Shown piece after piece: positions 54,345-64,000 of a stretch of 64,000 nt of DNA. Both the position numbers and the translations under genes were made by a program. The notes under the pieces were generated by a model, which worked only from the letters and a program-made list of their open reading frames with translations, ran no database searches and had not been told where the DNA came from. The first letter of the stretch is position 1; each line of letters opens with the position of its first letter. The DNA comes from Octopus vulgaris (taxonomy: Eukaryota), in contig OX597821.1 of assembly GCA_951406725.2 (NCBI GenBank), positions 83,080,001 through 83,144,000 of the forward strand, read 5' to 3'.

Positions 54345-56437
54345 CCGTTGAATAACTGGTAGGCCGACTCCTTCATTAAAGACTAAAGTTGGAACTCGAA
54401 CATTCCAGACAAAATGGTATAAAGTGATTCATTGGCTTCGTGCAAGTAGCGTCACAGAGAAACTCTACGGCTGGTCATATTTATTGTTTCAACTAAAAGC
54501 TAATCAGTCGTGGACAGGTGGAAGCTATAATAATTATGAAAACATCATGAGTGACTGAAAGCATCACAGTAAATCAGTGAGTCATTTAAGTAGTTATGAA
54601 AGCTTGAAAACTTTCGGACTGTACGATATTGTGACAGCCATTAGTGAGTCTGCTAAACTGGAAAAAGAACGGCATAACAAAGCAGCTGAAGAAAATGGAC
54701 AATATTTAAAGCAGTTAACAAATGCAGTGTTGTACCTGTGTAAACCAGGGTCGCCTTTACATGGACAAAATGATGAAAGTCACAGCCTTAACAGAGGAAA
54801 TTGCCATGAACTATTGCAGTGTTTGCTGAAATCAACTTTCTACTAAAGAGGGGTCGTAACAGTTTTCAGGAGTCTCAAATACATTACAAAATGACTTTAT
54901 AGAAGCGATTGAAAATGTCATCTCTGATGAAATTAGAAGTGAAATTGATAAAGCTCCGTTTATGTCTGTACAAGCCTATGAAACTACAGATTGTGCAATG
55001 CATGCCCAACTGTCGATCAGAAGACAAAGTATGTGAACAATTTCTTCGTTGCTATGGAGTCAGTGATGATAAAAGTGCTGCAAGACCGTCTGATGTGATC
55101 GCAACTGCGTTGAACTCCTTCGGTGAGCCAGACTTAACGACGGAGCAGCTGTACCGGCAGGAATGCTAAACGGAGAACAGAGTAAGCTAAGGGATAAAGG
55201 ATTTAAACACGCGCGCTTCATTCACTCCTATTCGCATTAACTTAACTTAGTCTTGAGTAAAAGTGCCAAGAAGGTGAGTGGAATAAAAATGTTTTGTTTT
55301 TTTTTTCTCATTTACGCGCACTTAGTAAATTTACATCTTCCAGTACAAAGCGGGAAACGTTTTCAAGCAGTTTAATGTCAATATTTCATCACTGTGCGAA
55401 ACAAGATGGTGCTATAAATCAAGAACTGTATTATCTATAAAACTATTGCATGAAAACTTGAAAAATGCCTTCATAAGTATTCTAAGTTTTAGTCCAAAGT
55501 GGTATGAAGGTACACTTTTTCAAACAGACAATCTATTGGCAAAGTTGAATGGGTTCACATTCATGTTTTTCATCAATTGCTTTCATCAAATGCTTTCTCA
55601 GGCTGGAAAAGTCTTTGATATCCCACAGTGTAAGCTACTCGACATAAAACACGGTCAGAATAAACTAAATTACTTCACTCATTGTGTTGAAGGTTATCGT
55701 AAGGATGAACCTTATGGAAACTCTGTGCGATGCAGCTGTTGTCATTGAATAGGCGGATGAGTTCGATCCCCCTCCTGGAAAAAGAATCAGAGGTGCACAT
55801 ATTAGTATAAAACTACCTATTTTGAAATGATTGATAACATTCTAATGTCCTAACGAGAGAGATTTTTTGGCATTCAGGTAAATGCATTTTTTTGAATTAC
55901 TAGATATTAATAATAAGTTTGAAGAGTTTACTAACTCGTTTCCCATGCAACATATGGACTCTCAAGGAAACAAATATTCTTGTACTTTTGACTGTGAGAA
56001 CTTAGTGCACGAGCTAACATATATGCATATTGACAGTGATTTCAAAAACTGCATGTCAATCAACTCCATTTTAGAATCACTGTATAAATTGGAGTTCACT
56101 TCCACTATACCGGAATCCATTAACCTATTTAAGCTAGTGCTGACCGTCCCTTTAATATCAGTCGCTAATGAGAGAGGTTTCCCAACGTTGCATAGAATCC
56201 GCTCATATCTGATAAGCACAACGGCTGTCTTCACTGGCTCGTATTTCCATCGAGAAAAGCCTTATGAACAACTTGGACGACAAGAAGAACTGCATGACAG
56301 GATATTACACGAGTTCCCCATCAAACCAAGACGACTGGAGTTCATGTATAAATGAAGTAATTTCTATATTAACACTAGATTTCTGTGGCAAATTTGTGAT
56401 GAACCCGAGTGACGCTGATGATCTGGAGTCGCCTCTG
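54345..56437 (+). pseudogene. hAT transposase relic (ZMYM1-like: TTF zinc finger, DUF4371-type region, C-terminal dimerisation domain)
   Basis: RTFQTKWYKVIHWL; DESHSLNRGNCHELL; QNDFIEAI...FMSVQAYETTD; FIHSYSH*LNLVL; CETRW; LTVPLISVANERGFPTLHRIRSYL; PRRLEFMYK*; many stops and frameshifts; probable 3' TIR ...gtcgcctctg. Confidence 0.93.
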
Positions 56438-56474
56438 ATGTATATATATATATATATATATATTTAAAATGGGG

Positions 56475-56722
56475 AAGGTAGGTTTATGGGTTTACTTTAG
56501 GTTTCCCGTCCATAAAGGGTTTAGCTTATGACCTCTTCAAAATAATTTTGAAGAAGTCATAGGCCAACAGGTTTTGGGCTCTGACGAAACGTCATAAAGC
56601 TAAACCCTGTATGAACGAGAAACCTAAGCTAATCCCATAAACCGCCCTTTCGCGTTTTTGATACATACTACTCTACATCTTAGAGTGTGTTCTTTCTCCG
56701 GATTTATGTTTTCTGCAAACGA
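56475..56722 (+). mobile_element. Fold-back element with a hammerhead-like motif next to the axis, flanked by (TA)n
   Basis: Arms 56475-56543 / 56545-56649; ttgaaga-a-gtca...tgac-gaaa-cgtc at 56548-56593. Confidence 0.75.
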
Positions 56723-57187
56723 TATATATATGTGTGTGTGTGTGTCTGTGTGTATGTAATATAATATAAAATACGTATATATATGTGAGTGTGTGTGTTT
56801 GTGTGTGTTTTGTCTGAATGTATGTATCGATGTATATTTACACACATACACTCGCGCGTGCACACACACACACGACGTCAGATCCGGCTCTGCGAGTCTG
56901 CGCGCGCGCGCACATGTGTGCGTGTCAAAGGTTAATTACATAGAAACACAATAGTTTCTATACACTTTCTCACGAGTGTTGTTGAGCACTTTTATGTTTA
57001 CGTAAAAGACATCTGACACATTTTGTAATTCGTGCTATTTTTGTGTTGACAGTTTATATATAGCTTTTGTGAACTATAACGTCGTTGGCTTGAGGTTTCG
57101 TTAGCTGTCAGTGTTAAGTCTGTCTCCCTTGCCCCTATAGGTTTAAATTTGAAACGGTTGTTACATTCAGTAAATAATAATGATTTT

Positions 57188-57521
57188 TATTCCGTTTTTG
57201 GATTTGGTTTGCAAGATTCTTTATATGAGTTCGTGTGTTGAAGCATATTCTGTTGTGTCTGGGGAGAGTCATTCTCTTTTAGTGCTTTATAATTTAACAC
57301 ACTTACCGATAAAATTTCCACTTTCCTAAAGTTTATTTCCTAAAATTTTCGTTGCGTCTTGCAACTTTTTCAATGGTCTTGACTCTCAAGACTATTGAAA
57401 AGGTTGCAAGATGCAACGAAAATTTTAGGAAAATAAAAATAAGAAATAAGTGGAAATTTTACCGGTGAGTGTGTTAAATTATAAGGCACAAAAAGAAAAT
57501 GACTCTCCCCAGACACAACAG
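57188..57521 (-). mobile_element. Fold-back element (~137-bp arms, 3-nt loop at 57383-85) with a 12-bp TSD
   Basis: Inverted repeat 57246-57525; aataatgatttt at 57176-87 and 57522-33; ttgaaaa-g-gttgca(aga)tgcaac-gaaa-attt beside the axis. Confidence 0.85.
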
Positions 57522-57589
57522 AATAATGATTTTAAATTTTGGCATAAGACCAGCAATTTTGGTGGAGGTGGGGTCAGTCGATTACAAAA

Positions 57590-58040
57590 ATTTGAAGGCA
57601 GTACAGTGTGCGATTGCATAAAAAAAGATTCAAGAGCAAAGAAAAACAAACAAAAAGTAATAAAGAATAATCTTTCAAAGAAAAACAAAACGAAATCTAA
57701 ACAAAAAATTCCCAATGGAAACAAAAAAAAACTACAGAAAGGATCATTTCCAAAAGTGAGAAGGCCTCCAAAAGGCCTCCTGCAAAAATACGATCACCTT
57801 GACCTGTATAAGTGCCCTCTCCCAGTTGCTCTTCTCCAATCGACAGACACATGCACAGTCCAGATTCGTACGTGGGACCATACCCAGGTCTGTCATCCAG
57901 CTTGGAGGAAACACTTCTCTCTCTTCCGGCGCTTTTTTTTGTTTTCGAGTAGAACTTGAAAAAGTTGATGAGGACTTGGTCTAAGAGGAAAAGGTCTGTT
58001 TTCAGCCCTTTCAATCACGTCCATCAAATAATCCCTTTCT
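57590..58040 (-). pseudogene. LINE ORF2 C-terminus and T-rich 3' UTR (possibly Tx1/L1-like)
   Basis: WT*LKGLKTDLFLLDQVLINFFKF; paralogous to 12600-12860. Confidence 0.55.
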
Positions 58041-59014
58041 TACGAGGGGGATGCTATAGAGACAGGGGTTACAAAATGTGAAAAATGTAAACGTTTGCAT
58101 TGAAATTAAATATGAATGAAAAATAAGGGTATACACAGTCATAGCAAATGTGTTAATGTCCCCGAAGGAGGTTCAGTCAGGGCACCCTACAAGAAGAGGA
58201 GGAGGAGGAGGAGGAGAAGGAAAAGGAGGAGAAGGAGGAGGAAAATGAAGAAGACGAGGGAAGAAAGAATGTCTTGCCGTGTTAGTATTGTTCCCAGCCA
58301 GGTATAAAAGCCTGGGAACAAAGTAGAAAGTTTACACACGAGAACTTCGAAAGTTAATTTGACCGTTTGTCTGTATTGAGTCATATCTTTTTATATAACA
58401 AACAGCCTGTGAATATTATTTTGGTAAACAACATTAGAATAAGAGTCGAAATAGTTTGCAACGCGCGAGCGCACACACAGACGCGCGCGCGCATGAATAC
58501 TCACAAACGACTATATATGTATATATATATGTTTTCGTGCGTGTGTGTAGATATATGTGAGTGCATATATATACATATATATTCCAATTTACCTAATTAA
58601 TAGACATACAAATATGCCAAGTGAGCCTATTTATAGGTTGCAAAATTACTGAACAGCTTTAAACGATTTTTCGACCCTTAATAGGGTTTTTATCAGAGGT
58701 GGGCGCATTTCTTGACCTATCCCAGGGAATCAATAACCCAATCCATTTATATACATATCAAATCAAGTAGCTTCAGAAAAAAAGTGTTCCTAATTTGCTT
58801 ACTATACATAATAACCATTGCGCCATGCGTTTTCACTTCTTAAAGCTGTAGAGGCACGCAATTTCTCCAGGCAGAGACATTGGTGTATGGTGAAGAAGGC
58901 TCAAGTGCAGTCCCATTGAGCGGCCTCTTGGGCAAGTGTCTTCTATTATAGCCCCAGGACGACTAAAGTCTTGTAAGTGAATTTCATAAATGGAAATTGT
59001 GCGGAGGTGAGTTG

Positions 59015-59046
<32 letters not shown>

Positions 59047-59297
59047 TGTATGTATGTATGTATGTATGTATGTATGTATGCGTGTGTGTATGTATGTATG
59101 AATGTATGTATGTATGTATGTGTGCATGTATGTATGTATGTATGTATGTATGTATGTATGTATGTATGTATGTGTGTGTGTGTATGTATGTATGTATGTA
59201 TGTATGTATGTATGTATGTATGTATGTATGTATGTATGTATGTGTGCATGTATGTATGTATGTATGTATGTATGTATGTATGTATGTATGTATGTAT

Positions 59298-60070
59298 GTG
59301 CAGATATGTTTTGCTTTATGTATTCTCATGCATATAGTTGCATATCTAGACATGCTCATATATTTTTAAATGATAAACTTCTGGAAGGTTTTACAGATTT
59401 TTGCAGTTCCAGTGATGGACTGGATCTGTAGTCTTCGAACTAGCTTTCTCCATTCTGGTTTTGAGAAGCCTAATTTCTCAAGATTGGTATTTAGGCATTG
59501 TGTTACATAGCCCAGGGCCTCAATAATTACAGGTAAAACCCTGAATTTGTAATCTGGATAGAGTAACTGCAGATTTCTCAATAGTTCAGCATAGGTGTTC
59601 TCTTCTTCACTGATCTTCAGCTTTACGTTAACATCTGCTGGGCAGCTAATTTCCACAACTGTGCAGTTTCTCTTCTCTATCCCAAATCTTTATATCAGGT
59701 CTGTTATGCTTACATTTTATTGAGGCCTTCACTGGGACATTCCACCAGCATTTCGTTTTTATTATGAGTGGCTATGGCTTCTACCGTACTGTGGGTTCTT
59801 ATTCCTTTGTCCTCGAGGTTATCCTTCCGACGGATTTCATTATAGTGTCCTAGCTACAACATCATGTCTCATCGATAGATAATACCATGATGACATTTTT
59901 GTACGACTGTTTATGATGTGGGTGACATCTTCGGTGTTAACTCCATAAAGTCTGCATCGGTCGTCGCATTCTACTGCTTTTCCTGCATCTCTATCCCTTT
60001 TGTGCATCAGGTATTGGATTGATATTTTGATACTTCAAAGTATCATCTCAGAGCTTTCTACTAACATATC
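59298..60070 (-). mobile_element. R4/Dong-type LINE 3' portion: zinc knuckle plus restriction-like endonuclease, decayed
   Basis: CRL(Y)GVNTEDVTHIINS(R)...RHDVVAR...WWNVPV...HNRPDIKIWD...VEISCP...Y..L...LPVIIEALG; stop at 59366. Confidence 0.92.
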
Positions 60071-60072
60071 CA

Positions 60073-60432
60073 TGTATGTATGTATGTATGTATGTATGTA
60101 TGTATGTATGTATGTATGTATGTATGTATGTATGTATGTATGTATGTATGTATGTATGTATGTATGTATGTGTATGTATGTATGTATGTATATATGTATG
60201 TATGTATGTATGTTTGTATGTATGTATGTATGTATGTATGTATGTGCATATGTATGTATGTATGTATGTATGTGTGTATGTATGTATGTTATGTATGTAT
60301 GTTATGTATGTATGTATGTATGTATGTATGTATGTATGTATGTATGTATGTATGTATGTATGTATGTATGTATGTATGTATGTATGTATGTATGTATGTA
60401 TGTGTGTGTGTGTGTGTATGTAAGTATGTATG

Positions 60433-60466
<34 letters not shown>

Positions 60467-60572
60467 TGTATGTATGTATGTATGTATGTATGTATGTATG
60501 TATGTATGTATGTATGTATGTATGTATGTATGTATGTATGTATGTATGTATGTATGTATGTATGTATGTATG

Positions 60573-60606
<34 letters not shown>

Positions 60607-60632
60607 TGTATGTATGTACGTATGTATGTATG

Positions 60633-60666
<34 letters not shown>

Positions 60667-60692
60667 TGTATGTATGTATGTATGTATGTATG

Positions 60693-60726
<34 letters not shown>

Positions 60727-60915
60727 TGTATGTATGTTATGTATGTATGTTATGTATGTATGTATGTATGTATGTATGTATGTATGTATGTATGTATGTA
60801 TGTATGTATGTATGTATGTATGTATGTATGTATGTATGTATGTATGTATGTATGTATGTATGTGTATATGTATGTATGTATGTATGTGTATATGTATGTA
60901 TGTATGTATGTATGT
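60073..60915. repeat. ~840-bp (TATG)n array
   Basis: Direct reading. Confidence 0.98.
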
Positions 60916-61814
60916 GTCTTTATGTTTGTGTTCACGTTTGTCTTCCACCCCACCACTGCATGGTAACCGGCTTTGCTTTGTTTACGTCCCTTTAACAAAG
61001 CAGTTCAGTCCAAGAGAACGATGGAATAAGTACCAGATTAGTTACTGGGGTTGATTTTCTTCGACTAAATCCTTCAAGATGGTACTACAGCATGGCCGCA
61101 GTCCAGTGACTGAAACGAGTGAATGATAAAGAAAGACATTTTGTCAATGAATTAATTGTCGGTCTTTAAACTAGGAACGCTGAGTATTTCGCCTGTGTAA
61201 CACGCAAGCACTCAGGAACCAAGCACACAATAAGCACCCACACTTCACCGATTTAAATTTTCTCTTATCAATGTTATTCCACCACCACCACCACCACCAC
61301 CGCCGCCACCACCACTATCACCGCCGCCACCACCACTATCACCGCCGCCACCACCATCCTACAACCAGTGCTACCAACGCCGCACCACGCACGCCGTTAT
61401 TATCATTGCCAGTGTGACCCGCCCACTAACAAATCTCATCACCATTACTACTATCCCGGTGACCTGAACGAGCTTTTCTAGGTGGTCGCCCGACCTGCAA
61501 GTGCTAATAACTTGAGCTCTGCCAGGTCACACTGCACCCTCTTCAATAAATCGATCTATTACCTGTTACGTTTTATTTCTAGTATTTGGGCTGCGGCCAT
61601 GCTAGAGCACCGCATTGAAGGGTTTAGTCGACCAAATCGATCCCAGTACTTATACATACATATATGCATATATATATATACTTTGATACTTTGATAGGTT
61701 TCGGCCATTATTGGCCCAGGCCATGTCTAACTTAATAGCACCACGTGGTGCTATTTAAATATATATATATTTAAATATACATACATACACACACGCACAC
61801 ACGCACACTCATAT

Positions 61815-61977
61815 ATTTACTTCTTTCAATCATTAGAATGCGACCATACTGGGGCACCACCTTGTTGAAGTTTTATTCGAATGAATTGGACCCAGTACAC
61901 TTTTTTAAGCCTGGTACTTATTCTATCAGTTTATTGTATCGAATCGCTAAGTTACAGGGTTGTCAAATGCAGGCAGT

Positions 61978-62010
<33 letters not shown>

Positions 62011-62053
62011 GCGCATACACACATATGTATGTATATTTATATATATATGTGTG

Positions 62054-62105
<52 letters not shown>

Positions 62106-62250
62106 CGACGGGCTTTCAGTTTCCGTCCACCAAATCCACTCACAAGGCTTTAGTCGGCCCGAGGCTATAGGATACTTGCCCAAGGTGCCACGCAAAGGGA
62201 CTGAACCCAAAACCATGTGGTTGAGAAGCAAACTTCTTCCTGTGCAGCCA
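61815..62250 (-). mobile_element. SINE family B (additional tail fragment at 61585-61650)
   Basis: cagtttccgtccaccaaatccactcacaaggc...gcccaaggtgccacgc. Confidence 0.9.
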
Positions 62251-62964
62251 ATAAATAGATAAACAAGATAGAAAAACGAGTTTATTCGATGATGTGGCTT
62301 TGAATTTTCTGCGCACAGAGCAAAGTAAATAAAACACAAAAACACAAAATAAATAATTTTTTTACACAAAGTAAATCATTTTTTAAAAACAAAGTAAATA
62401 AAATACAAAGTAAATGGGTTTTTTTAACAGTTAATAAAACAAAAACACAAAGTAAGGATCGACTAGTCACGACTAGCTGCGCGAGTACGCGAGTGCGCGC
62501 ACAGGGACGACTCTTCTTAAAATAGTACCAAACAAAGGTAGTAACACCACCACCACAAATACCGCAATCCCTACCGCCGCCGCCACCACTTTCCACCACC
62601 ACAACTACCCAATCACTGCCGCCACCGTCACCTCCTTCACCACCACAATCACTGTCACGACGACGACGACTACCACGACCACCACGACCACCACCACCAA
62701 GAACGCCGTTATTTCACATATCGCCCGCCTACGTATTATAAGTGAAAGAACAGAGGCGTGAGATAAGACAAAATTATCAAGAAGGAATTTTTCAAACAAA
62801 AAAATTCGAAGAATGTTCAGGTAAAAGAGTAAATATAGAATTGATAACGTCGTGTGGGATAGCCAAGTGAATAGATAGGGTAGCAGCCTACGATATGTGG
62901 GGTTAATAGTTCATAACTCATCACTGACACTTAGCTGTATTCCTGCTAAAAACGCACAATAAAT

Positions 62965-63548
62965 CAGCACTTCGTCGGCTGGGACGACAAGGGTTACAGC
63001 TGATCCGATCAACAGAAAAACAACCTGTTTGTGAAATTAATGTGCAAGTGGCTGACCACTCCACTACAGACACGCATGCCCTTGACGTAGTTCTCAGGGA
63101 GATTCAGCATGACACATCGAATGTGACAAGACTGTCACCTTTGAGGCGGTGAGCTGGCAGAAACGGTAGCACGCCGGGCGAAATCCTTAACGGTATTTCG
63201 TCTGCCGCTACGTTCTGAGTTCAAATTCCGCCGAGGTCGACTTTGCCTTTTATCCTTTCGGGGTCGATAAATTAAGTACCAGTTATGCACTGGGTTCGAT
63301 GTAGTCAACTTAATCCCTTTGCCTGTCCTTGTTTGTCCCCTCTATGTTTAGCCCCTTGTGGGCAATAAAAAAATAAGATTGTTCCCTTTGAAATACAAGT
63401 ACTAGTCACTTCCTCCCCCCCCCCCCCCCGCTGAGTGGACTAGAGCAACGTGAGATAAATTATCTTGCTCGTGGACACAACGCGCCGTCAAGAATTGAAC
63501 TCACGACAGTGAACCGAATACCCTAACCACACAGCCACGATCCTTCAC
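62965..63548 (-). mobile_element. SINE family C interrupted by SINE A
   Basis: Head tgaaggatcgtggctgtgtggttagggtattcgg...gagttcaattc on the minus strand; body shared with 37690-37870. Confidence 0.85.
63144..63376 (+). mobile_element. SINE family A, young
   Basis: Full length; imperfect 15-bp TSD gactgtcacctttga / gattgttccctttga. Confidence 0.95.
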
Positions 63549-63704
63549 AAAAGTGTACTATAATTATCAAGTGTCTATTCCTTGTCCGCCTACTATTTCT
63601 GGAAGTATCGGTGAGGTAAAGTCATCAAGCACCTCTTCCTAGGTCCTAGCAGAAGCAACCGTCATTTGACTCTCCAGGTGTATTCCCAAATGAGACTACG
63701 GATA

Positions 63705-64000
63705 TTGGTTTCAAATTTTGGCACAGGGCTAGCAATTTCAGGGCAGGGTATAAGTCGATTACATCAACCTCGGTGTTCAACTGATACTTCTCTTATTTAC
63801 ATCGAAAGGATGAAAAGGAAAGTCAACCTCGGATGTATTTGAACTCAGAACGTAGAGACGGACGACATACTACTATGCATTTAACCCGGTGTGCTAACGA
63901 TTCTGCCAGCTCGCCGCATTTAACTATTGGTTTCAAATTGATAACCGAAAATTGGTTACCAATATTCAGGAGAAGGAATAAGTCGATTACATCGATTCCA
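63705..64000 (-). mobile_element. SINE A (older tail, 63705-63917) plus the tail of a second tandem copy running off the window
   Basis: tattggtttcaaatt at both tails; aagtcgattacatc core. Confidence 0.88.

Larger units (their letters stand above)
58870..61132 (+). mobile_element. SINE family B expanded to ~2.2 kb by (TATG)n growth and a nested LINE
   Basis: Head 58870-59010, tail 60915-61132. Confidence 0.8.

Noticed and set aside
54345-56355. Domesticated ZMYM1/hAT-derived host gene
   Set aside because: Multiple stops, frameshifts and altered catalytic motifs indicate a dead transposon.
57450-57959. 169-aa Lys-rich ORF
   Set aside because: Chimera of a hairpin arm, a SINE tail and the antisense of a T-rich LINE 3' region.

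Overview
AT-rich eukaryotic DNA that is extremely dense in microsatellites and almost entirely repeat-derived. The repeat repertoire resembles coleoid cephalopod (Octopus-like) genomes; that assignment is inference from recall, not a search. I found no host protein-coding gene, rRNA, true tRNA or CRISPR array, and nearly all listed ORFs are translations of simple repeats. Recognisable content: about 25 copies or fragments of a tRNA-headed SINE ('A'); about 16 of a second SINE with a built-in microsatellite ('B'); V-domain-type and other SINEs; decayed LINE pieces (R4/Dong-type, RTE, CR1/L2, Tx1-like); a Gypsy LTR-gag fragment; hAT, Tc1 and mariner transposase relics; several MITEs; and a non-autonomous Helitron. 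The most interesting signal is a set of short fold-back elements, dissimilar in sequence, whose hairpin axis lies beside a minimal type-I hammerhead-ribozyme-like motif of the Penelope-associated kind. Two of them show compensatory core variants (G3-C8 at 34.9 kb, U3-A8 at 57.4 kb). Different retroelements also appear to sort into different microsatellite types (TACA, TAA, TA). Boundaries were read by eye and are approximate unless a target-site duplication (TSD) is quoted.
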